Below are positions 7,626 through 15,968 of a stretch of DNA of 32,000 bases, piece after piece. The stretch's first letter is position 1, and every line of letters starts with the position of its first letter. Where the stretch lies: positions 477 through 32,476 of the forward strand of contig NZ_JAYKGW010000252.1 of NCBI RefSeq assembly GCF_035285525.1, given 5' to 3'. The position numbers were made by a program, and so were the translations under genes. This DNA comes from Okeania sp. (GTDB lineage Bacteria > Cyanobacteriota > Cyanobacteriia > Cyanobacteriales > Microcoleaceae). The notes beneath the pieces are model-generated. The model saw only the letters and a list, made by a program, of their open reading frames with translations. It searched no databases and was not told the DNA's origin.

Positions 7626-9227
7626 TTGGTGACTAAAATCCATTTATTCAATGTCATATCTCAACCTATGTGGCAACAAAAAGAAAATCAAATTAACAGT
7701 AGTAAATGGTATTCTAAGTTGCTTCAACGTTTTACAGTAACCGTAACTTTGCTCACCTTAACTATTGGATGTATACCAATTCAAAAATCTCAAAGTAAAA
7801 TACCTTCCACCTTAGAAACAAATTCTATCTCAAATAAGAATTGTAGTTTAACTCCAAGCAAAGAAAATAACTCCCAAATTTTTCTCATTTCTCAAAATTC
7901 TAACTCTACTCAATGTGCTTCTATCGATCCTTTTAGTCAAGCAGTGAGGTTTGCCACCACAGCAGCAAACTTAACTCAATCTGCTAAAACTAAACAAGAT
8001 TGGGATCAAGTAGCACAACAGTGGGTACAGGCAGTAGCTTGGATGCAAGCAGTACCACCAGAGAACCCTAGACGTACTTTTGCTGAGAGAAAAGTGGCTG
8101 AGTATATGAAAAATTTAGCTTATGCTCAACAAAAAGCTGCATCTGCTTCCTCTCAGTTTAATCCAGTTTCTTTCAATAATGATATTCTGGATGCTCAGTT
8201 AAAACTTTATCTGTCTTACGTTGCCATTGTCGGTGTACCAGACGTTCTGATTGTGGGAAGTTCCCGTGCTATATCTGGAGTTGACCCCCAAAAACTACAA
8301 CAATATTTAATAGCGAAAGGTTATCCTCGGTTAAATATGTTTAATTTTGGTATCAATGGCGCTACTGCTCAAGTAGTTGACTTTCAACTGCGACAACTTT
8401 TGAGCTATGAGCAACTGCCAAAATTAATTATTTGGGCAGATGGAGTGCGAGCTTTTAATAGTGGGAGAGCTGATCGAACTTATAATTCTATTGTTGCTTC
8501 TGAAGGAAAAAGACTACTACTTTCCGGTGTTCGCCCCCAGTTACCTCGCGCTCAATCTAATTTTGCCTCTGTCTGTTATCAGTTTCCTCAACCTTATAAT
8601 TATAATGTATTTGCACCCAATCTGGATTTTACCTGGGAGACATCGGTGGAGAAGAAAATGAAGGTTGACTATAGCAATATTAAACCAACTAACAATACAA
8701 AATATTCCTATAAGCAAACTTTTGCAAATTCAACTTCATATCCTCAATACTCAACTCAACTTGTAGAAGAAGTAGCGATCGCCAATATTGAGAATAATAT
8801 CGAAGCTAATGGTTTCCTGCCAATGGATGGAATATTTAATCCTGCTTCCTATTATCAACAACGACCTTATGTTGCAGGTCTTTACGATGGTGACTATGCT
8901 AATTTTTATCTTGGAGGTATTCAAGCAACCGCTTTCAATGCAGTTGTGAATTTTACCAAATCTCGAAATATTCCCTTAGTTTTTGTTAATTTACCTCTAT
9001 CTGATAGTTACTTAGACTCTCTACGTTGGTCTGCTGAACAAGAATTTGAACCCTGGATGCAACGTCAAGCGAGGGAAAAAGGCTTTATATTCCTGAATAT
9101 AAATTTATATCAACCTGAACTCGCCCGAAACCAATACTTTTTTGATCCTAGTCATATAAACCGTTATGGTGCTGACGCTGTATCTCGTTATATTGCTGCT
9201 CGTGATTCCATTCCTTGGCCACGGTGA
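7626..9227 (+). CDS. Exported DUF1574 / SGNH-hydrolase-like protein
   Basis: N-terminal hydrophobic segment (VTVTLLTLTIGC, lipoprotein-like Cys). Also a cyanobacterial WDQVAQQW...AVPPENP...AERKVAEYMKNLAYAQ module, a VLIVGSSRAISG block I-like motif, and C-terminal FFDPSHINRYGA (block V D-x-x-H). GGAGGAG lies upstream. The start could be TTG 7626, GTG 7629 or ATG 7668. Confidence 0.7.
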   Translation: MVTKIHLFNVISQPMWQQKENQINSSKWYSKLLQRFTVTVTLLTLTIGCIPIQKSQSKIPSTLETNSISNKNCSLTPSKENNSQIFLISQNSNSTQCASIDPFSQAVRFATTAANLTQSAKTKQDWDQVAQQWVQAVAWMQAVPPENPRRTFAERKVAEYMKNLAYAQQKAASASSQFNPVSFNNDILDAQLKLYLSYVAIVGVPDVLIVGSSRAISGVDPQKLQQYLIAKGYPRLNMFNFGINGATAQVVDFQLRQLLSYEQLPKLIIWADGVRAFNSGRADRTYNSIVASEGKRLLLSGVRPQLPRAQSNFASVCYQFPQPYNYNVFAPNLDFTWETSVEKKMKVDYSNIKPTNNTKYSYKQTFANSTSYPQYSTQLVEEVAIANIENNIEANGFLPMDGIFNPASYYQQRPYVAGLYDGDYANFYLGGIQATAFNAVVNFTKSRNIPLVFVNLPLSDSYLDSLRWSAEQEFEPWMQRQAREKGFIFLNINLYQPELARNQYFFDPSHINRYGADAVSRYIAARDSIPWPR

Positions 9228-9392
9228 TTCAGTTATCAGGTATGGCGCTAGACAATAGGAAACAGGCAATAGATAATAAAGTAGATAAAAAAACTGATTT
9301 CTCGGGAACTGTAACTCTTACCTTTTCCCAGTTAAGTGTTCCCTAAAAGTAGTAAGATTTTTATACATAAATAAAATAGGACTGCTATAATT

Positions 9393-10142
9393 ATGACTCA
9401 ATCAGATGATAGTGGAAAAATTGAACAGATTGTCAATACAGTAATAGGGGTAAAAACTGAAGATACAAATCAATTTTTAAACAGAGAAATAGTTGCAACT
9501 AAACAGCTAGATTTACAAGCTCTGGCAATTTATAAATTAGGAACTATCCTGCAAATAGGAATAATTATTCTCGCTTTCTGGGGAATGGAAAAATTAGTAA
9601 TTTTAGTTAATAATTACTCCTCTTTTCCCAATTGGTTAAGCACAGTATTTGCCGGACTATTTTTCGCATTATTGAGTATTCGTTCCCGAATTTTTTCGAC
9701 CTTAGACAATACCCGTACTACCAAAACTTATAATAGTATTGTCAGACCAAAATGGGCACCACCACCTTTAGCTTTTCCCATAGTTTGGATGACAATAGCA
9801 GTTTTACGAGTTATCTCTTCTCTATTAATTTGGCAGCAGATGAATCAACAATTTTTAGTATTTCCTTTAATTGCTTTTGCCATACATCTTGCCGTAGGAG
9901 ATACTTGGAATACTATTTTTACTGTAGAACGTAGATTAGGTGCTGCTGTTCCTGTTGTTATTTTCGGTCCTTGGTTATCTGCTTTAATAGTTACGATATT
10001 TTACTGGCAAATTAATCCTATAGCTGGAATAATTTTAGCACCTTCTTGTGTATGGTTAACTGTAGCTGTTGTATTAGTAATTAGGATTTGGCAATTGAAT
10101 GGTAAAGAACCATTATATCCACTAAAATTAACAGATAACTAA
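9393..10142 (+). CDS. tspO: TspO/MBR (tryptophan-rich sensory protein) family membrane protein with an extra ~90-aa N-terminal extension
   Basis: RPKWAPPPLAFPIVWMTIAVLRVISSLLIW and HLAVGDTWNTIFTVERRLGAA match the TspO pattern (kP.w.Pp..F..vW..lY; N..W..lFF). The core has five TM segments. Confidence 0.75.
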   Translation: MTQSDDSGKIEQIVNTVIGVKTEDTNQFLNREIVATKQLDLQALAIYKLGTILQIGIIILAFWGMEKLVILVNNYSSFPNWLSTVFAGLFFALLSIRSRIFSTLDNTRTTKTYNSIVRPKWAPPPLAFPIVWMTIAVLRVISSLLIWQQMNQQFLVFPLIAFAIHLAVGDTWNTIFTVERRLGAAVPVVIFGPWLSALIVTIFYWQINPIAGIILAPSCVWLTVAVVLVIRIWQLNGKEPLYPLKLTDN

Positions 10143-10165
10143 AATAATGAATAATTCAACAATCT

Positions 10166-10191
10166 TGATTAAAAGCTTCCCCTTTTAATCA
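10166..10191 (+). terminator. Hairpin downstream of tspO (possible terminator, no U-tract)
   Basis: A 10-bp stem, TGATTAAAAG (10166-10175) / CTTTTAATCA (10182-10191), with a 6-nt loop, 24 nt after the stop codon. No T-run follows. Confidence 0.3.
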
Positions 10192-10224
10192 GTTATAGCG
10201 CTAGGGAATAGGAAACATAAGACA

Positions 10225-10520
10225 TCCTACTGAACTGTTTCACCTAAAATAGTGCATGGCGTAGGGGCGGTTTTTTTCCAGAATTTTCATGCTGATTCTA
10301 AGATTTATAGGACTAAAGCCATGAACCTTACTGGTAGGGTGTATTTTGCGTTCCGCAAAGCTCCGCTTTATATGTCGGCTCAAGCGCCGAAACGCTACGC
10401 GACATGTAAAGCGTATCTCGTAACACACCAAGACGCTATATATAGTGCCTTTGCGTAAGTCCTGATTTATACAAACCCGCCCCTAAGAATGTAGCTAAAA
10501 TCATTGGGGGCGGGTTTTAA
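10225..10520. repeat. Cluster of nested small dispersed repeats
   Basis: Contains CTGTTTCACCTAAAATAGTGCATGG (relatives at 2944-2970, 11043-11070 and, inverted, 11350-11378). Also contains a GGGGCGG element, a family A right end (..GCCTTTGCGTAAGTCCTG, ends 10464) and the hairpin AAACCCGCCCC...GGGGCGGGTTT (10474-10518). Confidence 0.6.
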
Positions 10521-10904
10521 TTTCTAGATAAGAACGTACAAGGAGCATTTTTAGATCAATTTCATAGGCAAAGTGGAGAGGAGCGAAAGACTAAAGAATG
10601 GAATGGTGAAGGTATCAAAATTGCGACTTCAATTGTCGGGACTCTGAAGAAGGACAGTGATACAGATAAATATTGGATATTAGAAGCAGCTATTCCTTTT
10701 GACAATTTTGCTCAGGTCGCTAAAAATATACCACCAAAACCAAAAGAAATTTGGCATCTCAATCTTAACCGTCTTGGTGGTCAAACAAATTTACAATATA
10801 GTCAATGGTCTCCGAGTCAAACTCCTAAACCTCAATTTCATGCACCCCAAGATTTTGGTCGTGTAACATTTTCAGCAACAGAAAGTCCGTTTTGGAAAAG
10901 ATAA
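10521..10904 (+). pseudogene. 5'-truncated fragment of a carbohydrate-binding family 9 (CBM9)-like protein gene
   Basis: The frame is open from 10521 to TAA 10902-10904 but has no start codon. It translates as ...EWNGEGIKIATSIVGTLKKDSDTDKYWILEAAIPFDNFAQVAKNIPPKPKEIWHLNLNRLGGQTNLQYSQWSPSQTPKPQFHAPQDFGRVTFS, which resembles the C-terminal half of cyanobacterial CBM9-like proteins. The 5' side is replaced by repeats. Confidence 0.55.
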
Positions 10905-10940
10905 TCAGAATAATGTATAATTCCAAAAAAAGCTCTCATA

Positions 10941-11412
10941 TAAAATCCAGATAATTACTAGAGCTAAGTCATTGCGACTGGAAGGGAGTGGAAATTTTTG
11001 CTGCGCATTTATGTCGCGCAGCATGTAGAGCATGTAGTGCATTGTTTCATCTAAAATGATGCATGGGGTAGAGGCGGGTTTATGCAGAAATTTTTATACT
11101 ACTCTAAGATTTATACAAACCCGCCCCTGATATACAATCCGGTTATTAGTATATGTTCATAATTCCCTCTACACTTCTATCTCCGTGTCTGCGCGTCTCC
11201 CTACTATACAATAACTACTCAACCGGATTCTATATGAGACGGTTGCTTATATCACTGGGGGCGGATTTGTCTAATTTCTAGACAAAAGTCGTTGTAGGGA
11301 CGTTGCATGCAACATCCCTACAGTGAAACCCGCCCCTACGGTATCTTCCTAATGCACATTTTTAGATGAAACAGTCCAGTAGGGTGGGTAACGCTAGCGT
11401 TACCCACCCTAC
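10941..11412. repeat. Cluster of nested small dispersed repeats, ending in a 34-nt perfect palindrome
   Basis: Contains members of the AATCC(G/A)G.., GGGGCGGGTTT/AAACCCGCCCC and GTAGGGACGTTGCAT..CCCTAC families. The perfect palindrome is GTAGGGTGGGTAACGCTAGCGTTACCCACCCTAC at 11379-11412. Confidence 0.65.
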
Positions 11413-11457
11413 CAATTTTGCCTAATTCCTGTTCATAACAAGGGCAAAAGCAGTAAA

Positions 11458-11940
11458 TTAAGCAAGAATATTTTTCATTTCTACTTTGAAAATATTTTCA
11501 ATAGTTTTCCCACTGGTTTTTTCATCCCACTGAAGACTATCAAGAAAAGTTTCTGCTGAATGAGTTTCGACAACATCAACACCCCATTCTCCTGGTTGGA
11601 GAGTATCAGGAGAATCACTTAATGGAGGAGTTTTTTTCAAACCTCCTAAAATCAATACATCAACAATTAAATCTTTATCATTTTTTTGAGTTATCCGTTT
11701 TTCTCTTAATGCTTCAGCGCATTTTTCACCAACTTGAGGTGGAGAAAAAACTTCAGTTTCAAATAATATTTCTACCATCCAATGAGGATGATTTAATTGG
11801 CGACATTTTAGCTGTGGATATTTGCTTAAACCATCAATAAATACTTGAGCAAATTCAGCTCGATTTAATTCAGGGAATGTATTTTCTGAAAGTTCAAAAT
11901 TGTGAGAAAGTAACATTCGTCTAGTTTTAGATTCAGTCAT
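11458..11940 (-). CDS. Hypothetical protein (160 aa), no family recognised
   Basis: Uninterrupted ORF with non-repetitive, mixed-charge composition that does not overlap the repeat families. I recognise no motifs. It is embedded in a repeat-dense region. Confidence 0.5.
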   Translation of the reverse strand: MTESKTRRMLLSHNFELSENTFPELNRAEFAQVFIDGLSKYPQLKCRQLNHPHWMVEILFETEVFSPPQVGEKCAEALREKRITQKNDKDLIVDVLILGGLKKTPPLSDSPDTLQPGEWGVDVVETHSAETFLDSLQWDEKTSGKTIENIFKVEMKNILA

Positions 11941-12105
11941 TTTTTTATTTTTATTTATCCTTCGGGTAATAAATGTTAAATCATAACCTTAAATACTACC
12001 AGACGATAATAGAGTAGATGCCAGGTATATGAAGTACAGATATTCGGAATTAAATGGGGCTTGCGTATGGAAATCTAAAAGCTTTTACAGAATAGATCTT
12101 TTAGC

Positions 12106-12342
12106 ATTTTTAGGTATCGAAACAGTACCTGCTTTTCAGCTCAACCATGCTCCTCAAGTTACAATTTTCAGCATATCGTTGGGCAAAAAAATTACTTTCT
12201 TGCTCCTCTACTCCCCTACTCAAGCGCTCCCGTAAGGACGTTGCATCAGCAAAAATGCGTTTTCCGTTCCGGAATGCTCCGCAAACATGTTGCGCAGCAA
12301 AACGTCCCTACCCTTAAAAAAGACTGAAGAAGCGCAAACCCC
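12106..12342. repeat. Dispersed repeat, family E, copy 1 (second copy at 21470-21665)
   Basis: Shared blocks are TTTTTAGGT..AGTACCTG..., TTGGGCA(G)AAAAAATTACTTT(C/T)(T/C)TGCTCC.CTACTCCCCT..TCAAGCGCTCCCGTA and ACGTCCCTACCCTTAAAAAAGACTGAAGAAGC(G/A)CAAACCC. Copy 1 carries an extra nested hairpin insert (GGACGTTGCAT...AACGTCCCTAC). Confidence 0.7.
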
Positions 12343-12524
12343 AAATGTTTTTAGTGCAGTGCGGAAAGCCAGTATGGGGGTGTACCTCACGCCAACTGGA
12401 ATCCGCTGTATAAATAAAAAAGGGCTAACGATGAGACTCCCACCCTTTTTGTTATACTAAATTTTGTTAAACTTGGTTATATACATATCAATAAACCTAT
12501 TGACATATACATAAACTATAAAAG

Positions 12525-12598
12525 GGCGAACGATGGGACTCGAACCCACGAATGGTGGAACCACAAACCACTGCCTTAACCACTTGGCGACGCTCGCC
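12525..12598 (-). tRNA. tRNA-His (anticodon GUG) with genome-encoded G-1
   Basis: The reverse complement reads G(-1)-GCGAGCG-TC-GCC-AAGTGGTTAA-GGC-A-GTGGT-TTGTGGT-TCCAC-CATTC-GTGGG-TTCGAGT-CCCAT-CGTTCGC-C73. It folds as a cloverleaf with a 7-bp acceptor stem (one G-U) and a TTCGAGT T-loop. The anticodon GTG lies at + strand 12562-12564. The extra 5' G opposite C73 is the bacterial tRNA-His hallmark. CCA is not encoded. Confidence 0.9.
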
Positions 12599-12693
12599 GT
12601 AAGAATTTTTCTTACAGTTTGTTAATATAGCACTACTAAATTATATTTGTCAACCCCTTTCCTAAAAATCTAAAATCTAAAGCAAATTACTCA

Positions 12694-14220
12694 ATGAGTT
12701 ATTGCATTAATCCTCAATGTACCAACCCCGAAAACCCAGACACTGCAACCTATTGCCATTATTGTCACTCTCCCCTAATTCTTCAGGGACAATATCGTAT
12801 TCTGAAAAAAGTTGGTCAGGGAAGCTTTGGCCAAACATTTTTGGCTGTAGATGAACAACATCCTCTGAAGCTCCCGTGCATTCTTAAGCAAATATCATTT
12901 CCCACTCTTGACCCCGAAAACTATCAAACAACAGCTAGATTATTTCGACGGGAGGTAATGCGGTTAGGACAGTTGGGCAAACATCCACAAATTCCTCTAC
13001 TTTTAGCTCACTTTCAATACAATCAAAATTTGTATTTAGTACAAGAATATATTCAAGGTCTGACATTAAAGCAAGAATTACAACAAAGTCTCTTCAACGA
13101 AGAAAAAATATGGCAACTTTTACGAGAGTTACTGCCAGTACTAGAGTTTATTCATCAACATCAAATTATCCACCGAGATATTAAACCAGAAAATATTATT
13201 CGTCGAAATTTTCCACCTATTAATTACCAAAAACCACCCTACTTACCAGGAGAAAATCAACTGAAAAAATTAGGAAAAATAGGAGAACTTGTATTAATTG
13301 ATTTTGGTGTAGCGAAGTTGCTAACGGGTACTGCTTTAATAAAAACTGGTACAATTATTGGTAGTCCCGAATATATGGCTCCAGAACAAACCAGGGGTAA
13401 AGCACTGCCAGCAAGTGACTTATTTAGTTTGGGTGTAACTTGTATTCATTTACTGACAGATGTTGCACCTTGGGATATGTTCGATGTTATCAATGACTGC
13501 TGGAGATGGCGAGATTTTTTGCCGAATGGGAGTAGGGTGAGTCAAAGTCTCGGCAGTATATTGGATAAATTGTTGCAAAATTCTGTCAGTCAACGGTATC
13601 AGACAGCAGCACAAGCTTTATCAGCGTTGGAGTCTCCCTCGAATATTGTCAGGCAACCTGTAGAAAATCTTGAGTCTTTAGGGTTGGTAAATCAAAAATT
13701 ACCATTGTTGCCATCGGTGCGGAGTTTGGTGGGGAGGTTTGTTCCAAAAATTATGACACTGGACGAAAATGAGTTAATTTCCGCAGTGGGAGTAGAGTAT
13801 GGGAAGTTGCAGTATTTGTTGGCAGTGCAAAAGTGGCAGGAAGCAGATAGGGAAACTTGGGGAGTTTTATGTGATGCTTTGAGGAAGAGGAGGAAAAGTT
13901 ATTTGTTTCCGTATGATATTGATAATTTGCCTTGTGAAGATTTACTGACTATCGATCGCCTCTGGGTAAAATATAGCCAAGGAAAATTTGGCTTTAGTGT
14001 GCAAAAACAGATTTATGAAAGTGTGAATGAAGATTATGGAAAATTTTGTAGTCGGGTTGGTTGGTTGAGTTATAATTTGCATTTTCGCGATCGCGGATTT
14101 AAGTTTAGAAGTTGGGCAGCAGTTGGTCATTTACCTTCAAGAATTTGGGTAGGTGGTGATAAATGGTGGATTCATCTAGAGGTGATGGGGAAAAAGTTAG
14201 ATAAGTGTTTTTTTGTATAG
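12694..14220 (+). CDS. Ser/Thr protein kinase with N-terminal Zn-ribbon and C-terminal GUN4 domain
   Basis: CINPQC...YCHYC (two CxxC pairs). Kinase motifs are GQGSFGQTF, HRDIKPENII (from nt 13171), LIDFGVAK and SPEYMAPE. The C-terminal ~150 aa (YGKLQYLLAVQKWQEADRETW...DNLPCEDLLTIDRLWVKYSQGKFGFSVQKQIY...GKFCSRVGW...GHLPS) match the GUN4 porphyrin-binding domain pattern. Confidence 0.9.
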   Translation: MSYCINPQCTNPENPDTATYCHYCHSPLILQGQYRILKKVGQGSFGQTFLAVDEQHPLKLPCILKQISFPTLDPENYQTTARLFRREVMRLGQLGKHPQIPLLLAHFQYNQNLYLVQEYIQGLTLKQELQQSLFNEEKIWQLLRELLPVLEFIHQHQIIHRDIKPENIIRRNFPPINYQKPPYLPGENQLKKLGKIGELVLIDFGVAKLLTGTALIKTGTIIGSPEYMAPEQTRGKALPASDLFSLGVTCIHLLTDVAPWDMFDVINDCWRWRDFLPNGSRVSQSLGSILDKLLQNSVSQRYQTAAQALSALESPSNIVRQPVENLESLGLVNQKLPLLPSVRSLVGRFVPKIMTLDENELISAVGVEYGKLQYLLAVQKWQEADRETWGVLCDALRKRRKSYLFPYDIDNLPCEDLLTIDRLWVKYSQGKFGFSVQKQIYESVNEDYGKFCSRVGWLSYNLHFRDRGFKFRSWAAVGHLPSRIWVGGDKWWIHLEVMGKKLDKCFFV

Positions 14221-14283
14221 AAGCCATTTGCTATCTTTGCACGCGGTGCGACTCTTTGGCAAAGGAGTCAGGAATTAATATTC

Positions 14284-14605
14284 AATCCGGTAGTATCGGT
14301 AGAATTCATTTCCTGTAGGGATTTGGTCTCTAAACTCTCTACAAACTAGGAGTTTTCCCTCTTTTCTTATGGTAGAACCTTATGAAGTACATGGTAATAT
14401 CAAATCCGGTAGCATTGGTATAATTCAGGATTAGGGAAGAATAGTCTATATTGTAGGGGCGAACAGCCGTTCGCCCCTACTGACAAGAGAAATAAACAGG
14501 ACTTACGCTTTGCGTAAGTCCTGTTTATGAAATCATCTGTGACAAAAAACTGTAGGGGTTTGGTTTCCAAACACAAGCGCCAAGGGGTTTGGAGACCAAA
14601 CCCAG
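14284..14605. repeat. Cluster of small hairpin repeats
   Basis: Contains AATCCGGTAG.. twice (14284, 14402), family B hairpins (14314-14342, 14551-14603), GTAGGGGCGAACAGCCGTTCGCCCCTAC (14454-14480), and a minimal family A palindrome CAGGACTTACGCTTTGCGTAAGTCCTG (14497-14523). Confidence 0.7.
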
Positions 14606-14712
14606 TTAGATAAAATCTCACAACCTATTTAGGATTGCTATATCACCTGATCTATGACAACTATATTTACAGGAAGTCAATTTATCTTTCCTTCTTCCTT
14701 CTTACTTCTTCC

Positions 14713-15954
14713 TTATTTTGATGAACTAGCATCTTTTAACTCCCCAGGACTTATAGACAATGTTTGAGTTTCTGTACCACGTTTAACCTTAAACTGTAGA
14801 GGTTTACCAATTTGACTTTTCTGAACTATATCCTGTAATTCTTCAGCAGTAGTAATCTTTTTACCATCAATTTCTGTAATTACGTCTCCACGTCGTAAAC
14901 CGCTTTTAGCTGCTGGGCTATTAGGAATTATCTGGGCGATTAAAACACCTTCAGTTTCAGGTAACTGTATTAACGCATTGGGATTTTCATTGAATTTTTG
15001 AATAATTTCAGGAGTCAAAGTCATCATCCGGACTCCAATGTAAGGATGAGGTATACTTTCTCCTTTCACTAACTTTTCTTGAATCACCTTTGCTTGATTT
15101 ATAGGTATAGCAAATCCTATACCTTGCCCATCAGCACGAATAGCTGTATTAATACCAATTACCTCTCCCTCAGAGTTTAACAACGGACCTCCAGAGTTAC
15201 CAGGATTAATAGCAGCATCAGTTTGAATAAAATCAAGACGTTTATCAGGAATACCAACTGCCGAACTGGGGCGATCTAGGGAACTGACAATACCCAAAGT
15301 GACTGTATTATCTAATCCCAAAGGATTTCCCACAGCGATCGCCCAATCTCCTACTTTTACCTGTTCAGAACTTCCTAAAGGTGCAACAGGCAAATTTTCT
15401 CCGTTAATTTTAATTACTGCCAAGTCAGAAGGTTCATCAAGACCTCTAACTTCTCCTTCAAAGCTACGTCCATCTTTAAGTTTAACTGTAACCGTATCAG
15501 CACCTTTAACCACATGAGCATTTGTCAAAATAATACCACTGCCATCAATAATAAAACCTGAACCTTGCCCCCGTTGTTGATACTCCTTGGGAAACTGAGG
15601 AAAACTATCATTTCCAAAAAAGCGACGGAAGAATGGATCATTAAAAAAACTAGGTACATTACGAGCTACGGTACGTTCTGTATCTATACGCACAACAGCA
15701 GGTCCGACTTTCTCAACTGCAGTAGCGACAAAATTATCGGCTTTCACAGGTACTTTTGCTATTGCAGGAGTGTTTGTATTTACCACTAGCTGAGGTTGAG
15801 GGTTGTTTTGGGTAGTTTGTTTGCTTTCTGTAGGGAGAAATACCCTGGGGAAAGTGCGTATCACAGTTATAGTCAAACCTGTACTTAAGGCCATAGCAAG
15901 TACATAGCTACCTATTGGAGGTAAAGCTGAATTTTTTTGATCTGAAATTTTCAT
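14713..15954 (-). CDS. HtrA/DegP-family periplasmic serine protease (trypsin-like domain + PDZ)
   Basis: N-terminal TM/signal anchor, catalytic His in ILTNAHVV, Asp in SDLAVIKI, Ser in GNSGGPLLN. C-terminal PDZ region (GVLIAQIIPNSPAAKSGLRRGDVITEIDGKKI). Confidence 0.9.
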   Translation of the reverse strand: MKISDQKNSALPPIGSYVLAMALSTGLTITVIRTFPRVFLPTESKQTTQNNPQPQLVVNTNTPAIAKVPVKADNFVATAVEKVGPAVVRIDTERTVARNVPSFFNDPFFRRFFGNDSFPQFPKEYQQRGQGSGFIIDGSGIILTNAHVVKGADTVTVKLKDGRSFEGEVRGLDEPSDLAVIKINGENLPVAPLGSSEQVKVGDWAIAVGNPLGLDNTVTLGIVSSLDRPSSAVGIPDKRLDFIQTDAAINPGNSGGPLLNSEGEVIGINTAIRADGQGIGFAIPINQAKVIQEKLVKGESIPHPYIGVRMMTLTPEIIQKFNENPNALIQLPETEGVLIAQIIPNSPAAKSGLRRGDVITEIDGKKITTAEELQDIVQKSQIGKPLQFKVKRGTETQTLSISPGELKDASSSK

Positions 15955-15968
15955 TGTTTGTTTTTATT

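Noticed and set aside
10240-10458. Overlapping ORFs 10240..10431 (-) and 10252..10458 (+).
   Set aside because: They lie entirely within nested dispersed repeats (family A arm, GGGGCGG element, CATGTCGCG motif). They overlap each other on opposite strands, and their Arg/Phe/Cys-rich sequences look non-protein-like.
12029-12235. 68-aa ORF upstream of tRNA-His.
   Set aside because: Its 3' two-thirds is the family E dispersed repeat, which is also present non-coding at 21470-21665. I recognise no motifs.
12408-12445. Possible second tRNA or tRNA pseudogene.
   Set aside because: Only about 22-25 nt resemble the tRNA-His 3' end, and no D-arm or anticodon arm can be drawn. I treat it as a duplicated 3'-end fragment or terminator hairpin (see findings).
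14400-14621. 73-aa ORF (-) between the kinase and htrA genes.
   Set aside because: It is composed of hairpin repeats (families A and B, and GTAGGGGCGAAC...).
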